Made by a program: the position numbers and the translations under genes. Below, piece by piece: positions 48,204 through 56,936 of a DNA stretch of 64,000 nucleotides. The DNA comes from a virus. The stretch is taken from positions 40,272-104,271 of IMG/VR virus record IMGVR_UViG_3300044825_000904; one strand, given 5' to 3'. The notes under the pieces are model-generated. The model did no database searches and was not told where the DNA came from. It saw only the letters and a program-made list of their open reading frames with translations. Numbering within the stretch: position 1 is the first letter of the stretch; the number at the start of each line of letters is the position of its first letter.

Positions 48204-48213
48204 TTCTAAATAA
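48191..48213. promoter_or_regulatory. 23-bp palindrome 7, upstream of the promoter TACATTTG (48267-48274)
   Basis: TTATTTAGAG-TAA-TTCTAAATAA. Confidence 0.75.
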
Positions 48214-48296
48214 CATTAATTTTTGAAAATATTTTTAAATATTATTGTAAACAATAAATAACATACTACATTTGTATCACACAAAACAAAAATATT

Positions 48297-48527
48297 ATGG
48301 AAGAAAACTTAAAATTATTTAACTGGGAGTTAGAACGTATTGGTATAACCAAGGAAGACTTCTGGATTTTATCTATTTGGAAGAATCAGCCAGCAACTGC
48401 ACAGGCTGAATATAGGGCTTCCCTAGCAGTAAAATTTATTAAATGTGGATATAATAGTAGGGTTAATCCTAGTGGTTCTGTCACTTTTACTCATCCTCAA
48501 AACAAGTTTGAATTTACATTATCCTAA
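48297..48527 (+). CDS. Hypothetical protein
   Basis: First gene after a promoter. Confidence 0.6.
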   Translation: MEENLKLFNWELERIGITKEDFWILSIWKNQPATAQAEYRASLAVKFIKCGYNSRVNPSGSVTFTHPQNKFEFTLS

Positions 48528-48539
48528 ACAATAATTATT

Positions 48540-48776
48540 ATGGGAAGACCTAAAAAACCAGTAATTCCTACTGTAGACCCAAAGGAAGTTATTTATTATT
48601 ATGCTTCATCCGAAGCGATTTTAAATTCTCATGATGAGATTTATCCAGAACCTACTATTGATAAAGCAATAAGCTATTTAAGAGAGCAAGAAGATGAATT
48701 AGACCATGTTTTTATATTTGAAATAAAAATGAAAGGTCATTATAAAACTACATTTACTTTAGAAGAAATTAAATAA
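48540..48776 (+). CDS. Hypothetical protein
   Basis: MGRPKK start. Confidence 0.6.
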   Translation: MGRPKKPVIPTVDPKEVIYYYASSEAILNSHDEIYPEPTIDKAISYLREQEDELDHVFIFEIKMKGHYKTTFTLEEIK

Positions 48777-48787
48777 ACAATAAAATT

Positions 48788-49426
48788 ATGGCAATTATCG
48801 CAAAATCAAGTGGATCAAATTATCCAAAACAAGTTACACCTGCAGGCTCTCACGTTGCTAGATGCTACGGAATGATTGAAGTAGGTACAGAAGAAACAGA
48901 ATACAAAGGTGAGAAGAAAGTAGGACACAAAGTGATTGTAGACTTTGAATTACCTTTAGAAACTGCTGTATTTCGTGAAGGAGAGGCTGAGAAGCCCTTT
49001 GTTATCTCTAAGGAGTATAATCTATCATTCCACGAAAAAGCTACGCTTAGATTGCATTTAGAAGCTTGGAGAGGAGCAACATTTACAGATGAGGAGGCTA
49101 AGAACTTTGACATTACTAGATTAGTGGGCAAAGCTTGTATGCTTAACATTACTCACAAGAAGTCTGCCGATGGCACTAAGACTTATGCTAACATTAACAG
49201 TATTTCTCCTATTCCTAAGGGTTTAACTTGTCCTGATCAGGTAAATCCTACAAGAATCTTATCTTATTCAGATTGGAATCAAGAAGTTTTTATGGGTTTA
49301 CCCGAATGGTTAGCTAAAAAGATTACTGCAACTCCAGAATTTAATGAGAAGTTTGGTGTTTTACCTGATAATTCACCTAATCTTGATTTAGTAGCTGAAG
49401 ACCCAAGTGATGCACTTCCATTCTAA
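48788..49426 (+). CDS. SSB-like/NGO0469-family replication protein
   Basis: PAG.HVARC...I..GT, EKA.LR..LE.WRG, acidic tail ending LPF. Confidence 0.8.
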   Translation: MAIIAKSSGSNYPKQVTPAGSHVARCYGMIEVGTEETEYKGEKKVGHKVIVDFELPLETAVFREGEAEKPFVISKEYNLSFHEKATLRLHLEAWRGATFTDEEAKNFDITRLVGKACMLNITHKKSADGTKTYANINSISPIPKGLTCPDQVNPTRILSYSDWNQEVFMGLPEWLAKKITATPEFNEKFGVLPDNSPNLDLVAEDPSDALPF

Positions 49427-49713
49427 TGAAAAGAGAGACTAATTTTCTCCTAAGAGTAGTTCAAAAGAATCTAAATAGGAGAGCCTTAATTACCTATAAG
49501 CTAGGTAAAGGTTTAGAAAGCATAGAAGCTGTAGTTTTAGGATATACAGATTCATTAATTTGTTTGAGAATTAAGCATCCAAAGCCTTTTATTAATAATT
49601 CTTTGATGATTATAGAAGAAAATCCTGTAACAAAGAAAAAAGAAAGACTTCCTAAGCTTGTACAGGAGATGCTCATTCCAATAAGTAACATAACTGAATT
49701 TATATTATTATGA
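49426..49713 (+). CDS. Hypothetical protein
   Basis: TAATG-coupled ORF. Confidence 0.6.
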   Translation: MKRETNFLLRVVQKNLNRRALITYKLGKGLESIEAVVLGYTDSLICLRIKHPKPFINNSLMIIEENPVTKKKERLPKLVQEMLIPISNITEFILL

Positions 49714-49916
49714 TAGATATAGAATTATCAAGGGGTGAAACCCTTACAGAAGTCTATCAAAATATAGCAGATAGGCTTAATGAAAAAGGAAAGATTCCAT
49801 TTAGAGCACGAAAATATACTCAAGCTATAGTTCATAGCCATGTGTACAAAAGAATCTTTGACAATCAAATAGAAGAAGAAATAAACATAATTAAAGATGA
49901 ACGAAGAAATAATTGA
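49710..49916 (+). CDS. Small possible HTH protein
   Basis: YQNIADRLNEKG pattern. Confidence 0.5.
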   Translation: MIDIELSRGETLTEVYQNIADRLNEKGKIPFRARKYTQAIVHSHVYKRIFDNQIEEEINIIKDERRNN

Positions 49917-50094
49917 TAAGGAGTTTTGGGAATCACATCAACTAATGCTTTCTAGTCATTACTGGGATTACACCTTTGCAATGCTTGAGTTTATGATGAA
50001 TGATGTTTATCCTTCTGATTTTAGGGAATTTTCTCCCGATGGAGTAGTAAAAGATTATTTTAAGAATAAGTTTAAAATTACAGCAAGACAATGA
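49897..50094 (+). CDS. Hypothetical protein
   Basis: Overlap-coupled ORF. Confidence 0.55.
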   Translation: MNEEIIDKEFWESHQLMLSSHYWDYTFAMLEFMMNDVYPSDFREFSPDGVVKDYFKNKFKITARQ

Positions 50095-50330
50095 CACCTA
50101 AAGAAAAAGCTGAACAATTGTTTAATAAATTTAACAGTGCGTTAATTGATGAAATTAAACATAATGCTGCTAGAAATTTTGCATCATTTAATTGTGCTTT
50201 AATTGCAGTAGATGAGATATTGTTTTCTGGAGTACACAAGGATAACTATTATTTAGATAAATCTCTTGGCTATACAATTACTTTTCAAGAGTATTATCAA
50301 GAAGTTAAACAAGAATTAATAAAACTATGA
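50091..50330 (+). CDS. Small Bacteroidota phage protein
   Basis: MTPKEKA..L...CALIAVDEI...YQEVKQE pattern. Confidence 0.7.
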   Translation: MTPKEKAEQLFNKFNSALIDEIKHNAARNFASFNCALIAVDEILFSGVHKDNYYLDKSLGYTITFQEYYQEVKQELIKL

Positions 50331-51067
50331 CACACGATCAAATCATACAAGCGTTAAAAGATGACAATGAATATTATAATGGCTTAGGTAGAAGCTACTT
50401 GTCTAATTCTGACATTGGAGTTTTACTTAATAACCCTGTAATGTTTAAGAAGAAGTCTGAAAAGACTTTAGCAATGCTACAAGGAAGTTATTTTCATACA
50501 GCTTGCTTAGAGCCTCACAAACTAAAATCATTCCCTTTAGTTGATGCCTCCACAAGAACTACTAACATTTACAAGGATGCTTGCAAAGAATGCAATGAGC
50601 CTTTTATGTTATTGCTTAGGGAAGCTGAAGAAGTAGATGAAATGGTTAAAGCACTAAGAGCTAATACTGATTTATCTAAGCTAGTTTGGGATAGTGGTAT
50701 TAAATACGAAGTGCCAGCAATTGGTGAAATTGAAGGTTTACTTTGGAAAGGTAAGGCTGATATCATTAATGGAGACTTTATCTACGATTTAAAGACTACA
50801 ACTTCATTAGATGACTTTAAGTATTCCGCTAAGAAGTATAATTACGATTCTCAAGCATTTATCTACAATCATCTATTTGGTAAGGAATTAGCCTTTATTG
50901 TTATTGAAAAAGGCTCTAATCGCTTAGGTTTCTTTGAATGTTCCGATGAATTTATGGAATCTGGAAGAATGAAAGTAGAACACGCTATGGGTATGTATCA
51001 TTTATACCATGGTCCTAATGCTACAAGAGATGTTAATCAATATTATGTATCTAAAGTTTTATTCTAA
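50327..51067 (+). CDS. PD-(D/E)XK exonuclease (RecE/ExoVIII, DUF3799-like)
   Basis: LSNSDI, G..FH...LEP, KGKAD, YDLKTT, YDSQA.IY. Confidence 0.9.
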   Translation: MTHDQIIQALKDDNEYYNGLGRSYLSNSDIGVLLNNPVMFKKKSEKTLAMLQGSYFHTACLEPHKLKSFPLVDASTRTTNIYKDACKECNEPFMLLLREAEEVDEMVKALRANTDLSKLVWDSGIKYEVPAIGEIEGLLWKGKADIINGDFIYDLKTTTSLDDFKYSAKKYNYDSQAFIYNHLFGKELAFIVIEKGSNRLGFFECSDEFMESGRMKVEHAMGMYHLYHGPNATRDVNQYYVSKVLF

Positions 51068-51249
51068 TGGCACAAATTATTCACGCTGATGGCTCAATTA
51101 TTGACCAAGATCAAAAACGTAATGAATTGGGTTATACAATCCAAGAAGCCTGGACACACCAAGCTAAAATGTTAAAAGAGGCTTACAGATTTTTAAAACT
51201 AACCAATGCAGAGAAAAGCAATAAAAACAGACAGAACAGAGTGTCCTAA
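51067..51249 (+). CDS. Hypothetical protein
   Basis: TAATG-coupled ORF. Confidence 0.55.
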   Translation: MAQIIHADGSIIDQDQKRNELGYTIQEAWTHQAKMLKEAYRFLKLTNAEKSNKNRQNRVS

Positions 51250-51442
51250 ATGTGGACACAAACATCCTGTACAGCAATTATGGGATTACTTTGATCAAAG
51301 TTTAGCCGAATATTCTGTAATGTACAGATGTATGTCTTGTGATCAGAAAATTAAGATGGAAGTAAATGTAAATGGGTTTTTAGTATTAAGAAATGATAGG
51401 CCAAGGAAAAAACCAAGCATTTTACAACCAGAAAGCTGTTGA
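51206..51442 (+). CDS. Zinc-ribbon protein
   Basis: CPKC and CMSC. Confidence 0.65.
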   Translation: MQRKAIKTDRTECPKCGHKHPVQQLWDYFDQSLAEYSVMYRCMSCDQKIKMEVNVNGFLVLRNDRPRKKPSILQPESC

Positions 51443-51629
51443 ATGGGTAGATGAGTTTATGAAGAATAATGAGCCATTGATTGACTTTATTTCTTTTGAT
51501 GGCCACATTATTCATAACTCTCACTACACATTAGAACTCTGGAAAACCAGATTATTAAATAACAAAGGAGCTGAAGAAAGAGCAGCGTTTATAAGAATTA
51601 AGAAATTTAAAGATTGGTATAATGGGTAA
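51393..51629 (+). CDS. Hypothetical protein
   Basis: Overlap-coupled ORF. Confidence 0.55.
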   Translation: MIGQGKNQAFYNQKAVEWVDEFMKNNEPLIDFISFDGHIIHNSHYTLELWKTRLLNNKGAEERAAFIRIKKFKDWYNG

Positions 51630-51837
51630 AATCATAATTAAGAACAATACAGATATATCTGATATTAGTGTTTTAGAATGCGTAAAAGATGTTATAAATG
51701 CTGGAAGAATTTCCAACAATGATACTCAATATTGTTACTTAACTGTATTTAAGATTAATGGTATAGAGCATCATATTGTAACTGATTTGCGTAAATGTTC
51801 TGATGTTTTTACTTTTTACAAAAGCTCACATAAATAA
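51622..51837 (+). CDS. Hypothetical protein
   Basis: GRISN...QYCY.T.F. Confidence 0.6.
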   Translation: MGKIIIKNNTDISDISVLECVKDVINAGRISNNDTQYCYLTVFKINGIEHHIVTDLRKCSDVFTFYKSSHK

Positions 51838-51838
51838 T

Positions 51839-52204
51839 ATGGAAAAAGAATTTGTAACATACGAGCAAGCATTAGCCTTAAAGGAATTAGGGTTTGATCA
51901 AGAATGTTGTGGGGGATACAAGAAATCATTCCCTTATGATAATGAATGGAAATTTTACATTGATGATATATATTGTCAAATTCAAGCCCCACTTAAACAA
52001 CAAGTATTTAGATGGTTTGATAAAAAGTATAATTTATTTGGATACATAGAAAGGTTTCAAGGTGGCAGATATGAAGATGTAATTTCTGGCAATTTTATGG
52101 AAGAATATGATGATGGAATATTTTTTGATACAATTGAGGATGCAGAAAATAATTGCATTAACAGATTAATTGAATTAGCTAAACAACAAGACAATGGAAA
52201 ATGA
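51839..52204 (+). CDS. Bacteroidota phage protein (start MEKEFV)
   Basis: YEQALALKELGFD..C, AP..QQ.FRWF. Confidence 0.7.
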   Translation: MEKEFVTYEQALALKELGFDQECCGGYKKSFPYDNEWKFYIDDIYCQIQAPLKQQVFRWFDKKYNLFGYIERFQGGRYEDVISGNFMEEYDDGIFFDTIEDAENNCINRLIELAKQQDNGK

Positions 52205-52328
52205 AATGCGTGAAGACATTAAGAAAGCACTTAAATTTGTAGAATATGCTGTATTTTCAGCTCTAATCATAGGTTTAGTGCTAGGTGGTGTAATTGGTGG
52301 TTTAACAGTATTTGCTTTAATGAGATGA
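52194..52328 (+). CDS. Unlisted 44-aa membrane protein
   Basis: MENEMREDIKKALKFVEYAVFSALIIGLVLGGVIGGLTVFALMR; ATGA overlap with the next gene. Confidence 0.6.
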   Translation: MENEMREDIKKALKFVEYAVFSALIIGLVLGGVIGGLTVFALMR

Positions 52329-52801
52329 GAAATAAGATGCTAGGATTAGGTGATTTCTTTCAAGAAGTTCTATCTAATATGAATTTAGTGATCAGAGATG
52401 AAGAATTATTAGCTTCATTGAATCAAACTAAGCTTACAGGAACTCCTGGTTTAGAAATTCTATACACTAAGACTAAAGAATTAGAGCCATTAGCTATTCC
52501 TATGGTTAATTCTCAAGATATTTTAGAAGATGTAGAGAAGAAAGAAGCTAAATTCTTAGAGTTTTGGAATACATACAATAAGAAAACAGGTCAAATTAAA
52601 GCAAAACCTAGATTCCTAAAGCTTACTTGGAAAGAAATTGATGCTATATTTGCAACCCTTCCACACTATTTAAAGGCAACTCCAGATGTAAAGTTTAGAA
52701 AAGACCCTTTTACTTACTTAAATCAAAGGACTTGGGAAGATGAAATGTACTTACCAAAAGCCCAAGAAGCTAAAAAGAATATAGTATTTAGATTCGATTA
52801 A
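52325..52801 (+). CDS. Replisome organiser/initiator C-terminal-like protein
   Basis: F.EFW..Y.KK.G...A...F.KL, P.TYLNQR.WEDE; upstream of dnaB. Confidence 0.7.
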   Translation: MRNKMLGLGDFFQEVLSNMNLVIRDEELLASLNQTKLTGTPGLEILYTKTKELEPLAIPMVNSQDILEDVEKKEAKFLEFWNTYNKKTGQIKAKPRFLKLTWKEIDAIFATLPHYLKATPDVKFRKDPFTYLNQRTWEDEMYLPKAQEAKKNIVFRFD

Positions 52802-52818
52802 AATTAAGAGTTACAACT

Positions 52819-54171
52819 ATGAAAGCTAAAGAGAAAATATCATTTACCGATTTAGATGCGGAAAAGGAAGTTATATCACTAATCACTTCTAATCCTTCTG
52901 CATTTAAACAAGTGCAAAAAATAATCAAACCAAACATATTTCACTTCGAACAAACTAGAAGTGTATTTTTGGCTTGTGCTGAGTTATTTTCTGAAAAGGG
53001 TAACTATACCTTAACCGATGTAGTATTGAGGCTTAAATCAAGCGGAAACAATGATTGGGCTACCTTATTAGCCTCCACAACTACTCATTCATCTACAAGT
53101 ACCAATGAATTACTCATTTACCTAGCTGAATTGAAGGGTAAGAGAGATTTAATGGACTTATCAAGACAAATCACTAATGATTTAGCTAACGGATCAGATT
53201 ACTTTTCTTTGGTAGACAAGGTAAACTACATTACTAATCAAGAGATGTTTAAGGATGACGATAAGGAGATTGTAGATATGAAATCTGCCTTAGTGGATGC
53301 CTTAAATAATCTAGGAGATGTAATGACTAATGGACAAACTGCAGGAGTTCCTACAGGTTATCCTAAGTTAGATGATATTACAGGTGGGTGGCTAAAAGGT
53401 AATGTTATCCTATTTGCTGCAAGGCCAGGACAAGGTAAAACCATTTGCCTACTAGAACACGCTAGGAATGCCTCCGCTATGGGGCATAATGTATTATTCT
53501 TATCCCTAGAGATGCCTGTGATATCTTTGATTTACCGAATGATTTCTGGAACATTGGATAGTTATACCCCTTACTCCAAAATAAAGACAGGAAGGATAAA
53601 TATTGACCAATTTTCGGCTATTCAAAAGGATGCTATAGCTAAACTAGAAAAGCTACCTATTACTTGGTATGATGGAGCTAATAGAGATATCAATTATTTG
53701 TCGGCTTTAATACAAAAGATTGTAAGAGAGAAAGATATTAAAATGGTGGTTATTGATTATATGCAATTGATAACTGATTCTAACATTAAGAGTAATGATG
53801 AAACAGCCGTAGTGGGATCAGTATCCAAGAAGATACAACAGTTATCTAAGAAGTTAGATATTCCTTTCTTATGTGCTGCCCAATTAAATAGACAATCAGA
53901 AGGAAGAAGCTCACATAGGCCAAAACTATCAGATTTACGTTCTTCTGGACAAATTGAACAAGATGCTTCCGTAGTTATTGGATTATATAGAGATGACTAT
54001 TATAAGTATGAGAGAGCTAAAGAAGAAGGTAATAACAATGTAGAGTTTGATAATACCATTGAATACATCTTTATGAAGAATAGAGATGGACTAACTGCAA
54101 CCCACGAAATGTTCATTGATGTAGCCACATCTAAAATAAAAGAACATAACTTTATAGGGAACAAATTTTGA
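52819..54171 (+). CDS. dnaB: Replicative DNA helicase
   Basis: AARPGQGKT, SLEM, IDYMQL, AQLNR, LSDLRSSGQIEQDA. Confidence 0.97.
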   Translation: MKAKEKISFTDLDAEKEVISLITSNPSAFKQVQKIIKPNIFHFEQTRSVFLACAELFSEKGNYTLTDVVLRLKSSGNNDWATLLASTTTHSSTSTNELLIYLAELKGKRDLMDLSRQITNDLANGSDYFSLVDKVNYITNQEMFKDDDKEIVDMKSALVDALNNLGDVMTNGQTAGVPTGYPKLDDITGGWLKGNVILFAARPGQGKTICLLEHARNASAMGHNVLFLSLEMPVISLIYRMISGTLDSYTPYSKIKTGRINIDQFSAIQKDAIAKLEKLPITWYDGANRDINYLSALIQKIVREKDIKMVVIDYMQLITDSNIKSNDETAVVGSVSKKIQQLSKKLDIPFLCAAQLNRQSEGRSSHRPKLSDLRSSGQIEQDASVVIGLYRDDYYKYERAKEEGNNNVEFDNTIEYIFMKNRDGLTATHEMFIDVATSKIKEHNFIGNKF

Positions 54172-54201
54172 GTAAGTTAATTTTTTTCATAGTTGTAAAT
54201 T

Positions 54202-54270
54202 AATCCCCTTGGTTATTGACCTTGGGGATTTTCGTTTATAACGCAAAAAGGAGGATAAAATCCCCCTAAT
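54202..54270. terminator. Terminators between convergent operons
   Basis: AATCCCC...GGGGATT plus T run on the plus strand; weaker hairpin next to AAAAA for the minus strand. Confidence 0.6.
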
Positions 54271-54327
54271 TGCACACACAATCCAAATCACACAAAACGT
54301 ACTGCAATTTAGGAATTAATATTAGAA

Positions 54328-55560
54328 CTATAAATTCACTTTAGTTCCTATCATTCCCATATATGTTTGGGGTACTATTGGGTTTGTATTGAATGATGTT
54401 TTTAATGCAAAATTGAACTTAAATCGTTTAGTAAACGCAATATCGAAATTAAATCCAGTCATTACACCAATATCATCACCAGTTACAAAAACTTTTTGAT
54501 CAGTTAGATACCCAGTTGAGCTACCAGATAGATAAACATCTGGGCTAATAGTAAGTCTTTTGCTCACTTTTACAGGAATAGTATAAAATAATAAGATGTT
54601 ATTTGACAAATTAAGGCCATTATCAGCTCCTGCTACACTAAATGTATAGTTAGCACCACTAACACCATATTTACCTAATGGATAGATATAAGCTGCAGTA
54701 GCAAAGCCTAGCACACTTCCACCTAGATAAACTCCAGTAATACCATAGTTGCTTATGGATTGTAGCTTACCCTCATTGAAGTTCATTAAGGTATATCTAC
54801 CACTTAAAGCAAACTGATCAAATGTAGACCAAATCATTGAAGATATACCCCAAGAAGTGTTTCCCATTAAAGAAGATTGAGACATTCCTACGGAAGCTAT
54901 AATAGATACCACATCCGTAGTAGGGGCAATAGTGAAGTCACTAGAATAAATAATAGGATTAACTTTAGCTACACTCTTAGAAGAAGATTTCTTTTCTGAT
55001 TTACTTTCTGATTTAGATTCTTCTTTCTTTTCCTCACTCTTAGATTCAGAGCTACTTTCACTCTTTTCTTCACTCTTGGACTCCGTTTTAGTTTCTGATT
55101 TAGTTTCAGTCTTAGGAGTTTCAGAAGATGATGAAGAAGAACTAGAAGTTGTAGAAGGTGCTGGAGTAGATACAGGAGGAGGGCTAGAAACAGCAGCAGA
55201 AGTAGCAGCACTAGCTGCAGCACTTGTAGCAGAAGAAGTTGCTTGAGATGTAGCAGCACTTGTAGCTTGAGCTACTGCTTGTTGTACTGCTTTAGCTACT
55301 GTTTGTGTTACAGCAACTTCAGCCTGTGGGCAAGGAAAATTTACAGTTAAGTTATTAATCCAGGCTTGTAATTCACCTGTAGTGATATCATTTGCTGTTA
55401 CTACCCGATATTTGCCACGATACACTATGGTAGTTTTTCCATTTGCAATAGGTACTGTAACCACTACTACCTGACCAGAACAAGGGTCTACAAAAGTTTG
55501 TGTCAGAACTTGTGCTTGGGTTAATAAAGGAAGGAATAGTAGTAGTAATAACCATTTCAC
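54328..55560 (-). CDS. Secreted protein with Ala/Ser/Glu/Lys linker and C-terminal outer-membrane beta-barrel
   Basis: Signal peptide ending TQA-Q; two-Cys N-domain; alternating strands ending GTKVNL. Confidence 0.7.
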   Translation of the reverse strand: MKWLLLLLFLPLLTQAQVLTQTFVDPCSGQVVVVTVPIANGKTTIVYRGKYRVVTANDITTGELQAWINNLTVNFPCPQAEVAVTQTVAKAVQQAVAQATSAATSQATSSATSAAASAATSAAVSSPPPVSTPAPSTTSSSSSSSSETPKTETKSETKTESKSEEKSESSSESKSEEKKEESKSESKSEKKSSSKSVAKVNPIIYSSDFTIAPTTDVVSIIASVGMSQSSLMGNTSWGISSMIWSTFDQFALSGRYTLMNFNEGKLQSISNYGITGVYLGGSVLGFATAAYIYPLGKYGVSGANYTFSVAGADNGLNLSNNILLFYTIPVKVSKRLTISPDVYLSGSSTGYLTDQKVFVTGDDIGVMTGFNFDIAFTKRFKFNFALKTSFNTNPIVPQTYMGMIGTKVNL

Positions 55561-56267
55561 TATTTGAAGATTTTTTTCTTGATCATTCTAACAATAATCT
55601 TACTTGCAGCACCCTCAAGAGCTTTCTTCGTAGAAGCTCCAATAGTTGATTGATTGAACTTTATCTCACTAAAGTTATTATCGTTCATTAGAGTAGCCTC
55701 TCTAGTAGTCTTAGCATCACCTAAACCACTTCCTGTAAAGTATTCTCCTGTTTCAGCATTAACAAACTTAACTTGTAAGCCTAAACGAGTAACTACAGTT
55801 TGCTTTACCCCATCCTTTAAAGAAATAGATTCGTCTTCACTAACACTAAAGTCGTAAACCTCAATGTAGACAAAGTATTGAGCTAATTTAATCTTACCTC
55901 TACCATCTAGTTTATTCTCGGTAATACCTGATTGAGATGCTTGAAATTGCTTAACCATTCGATTTTTAATTTCAGCTTTTTCTTCAGTAAAGGTAAAACG
56001 ATTAGTTTCTTCTAGGAATTCGACAACAATGTTAGTTACACCTAGTCCTACACGCTTATCTTTTAATTCTGGATAAGCAGCGTATACTTCATCATTAATG
56101 CCTAATGATAGAATTTGGATAGGAATCTTAGGTCCATCATAATCCATCAAAGAATCAATGTTTATCTTTTTTTCAAAAGAAGCCACATAAGCCTCCGTTT
56201 TAGTGGAAGCTATCTGTGACAACCCTACAAAAGAAATAAACAAAAAAGGAATTAGGTATTTTACCAT
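55560..56267 (-). CDS. CsgG/HfaB-like protein
   Basis: Y.GPK.PI, L.ETNRF...E, AQY.V...V.DF, L.VKFVNAETGE...SG.G. Confidence 0.75.
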   Translation of the reverse strand: MVKYLIPFLFISFVGLSQIASTKTEAYVASFEKKINIDSLMDYDGPKIPIQILSLGINDEVYAAYPELKDKRVGLGVTNIVVEFLEETNRFTFTEEKAEIKNRMVKQFQASQSGITENKLDGRGKIKLAQYFVYIEVYDFSVSEDESISLKDGVKQTVVTRLGLQVKFVNAETGEYFTGSGLGDAKTTREATLMNDNNFSEIKFNQSTIGASTKKALEGAASKIIVRMIKKKIFK

Positions 56268-56578
56268 TTTGGGTCTTCAGCTAAAGCTTCCTTTTCAGTT
56301 TTAGGCTTAGGTTTTTCAGCAGCAGGTTTCTCTACTACTCTTTCAATAACCTTAGTGCCTCCACCGGAAGCTTGTTTTTGTTGTTGAGTATTGTTTGTAG
56401 TAATGTTAATTACAGGTGCAGGAGCACTTGTTTGAGCAGGAGTATCATCCTTTTCTTCACCACCACCAAATAATTGTGAGCCGATGTAAGCTCCACCTGC
56501 AGTAACAATAGTTCCTACAGTTCCTAGGACAGTCTTTAACAATCCTGACATCGTTCCATCATTGTGTTCTTCTGACAT
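56261..56578 (-). CDS. Small membrane-anchored low-complexity protein
   Basis: Gly/Thr-rich hydrophobic segment, then VINITTNNTQQQ and a Pro/Lys/Glu tail. Confidence 0.65.
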   Translation of the reverse strand: MSEEHNDGTMSGLLKTVLGTVGTIVTAGGAYIGSQLFGGGEEKDDTPAQTSAPAPVINITTNNTQQQKQASGGGTKVIERVVEKPAAEKPKPKTEKEALAEDPKW

Positions 56579-56579
56579 A

Positions 56580-56936
56580 TTAATTTAAAATTAAAGGTTT
56601 TTTATCCGTATTACCTGAAATATCCGTTAAAGATATATCGTAAATGCCACTAGGAATTGTCTTAAACTCAAGAATCATTCTAGTAGTATCCATATTTGCT
56701 GTAAATCCCCTAGTATCTATGGGATCAAGTACACCAAACTTAAATAATTGTAAGCTATACTTAGCTCCAGGAGTTGTTTTAGCCATCACTGTGGCCTTAT
56801 TTCCTTCTGTCTTGATAGAAATTATATTAGCTGTCGTAGAAGTAGCTCCTAGCTCAATTATAGGGGTTTGTTCTACTTCGAACTTTTCGCAAGACAAAAG
56901 AAATACTATTGATATAAATGCTATTACCTTTTTCAT
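56580..56936 (-). CDS. Lipoprotein with Ig-like fold
   Basis: Lipobox FLLS-C; PSGIY.I.L.D..GN. Confidence 0.75.
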   Translation of the reverse strand: MKKVIAFISIVFLLSCEKFEVEQTPIIELGATSTTANIISIKTEGNKATVMAKTTPGAKYSLQLFKFGVLDPIDTRGFTANMDTTRMILEFKTIPSGIYDISLTDISGNTDKKPLILN

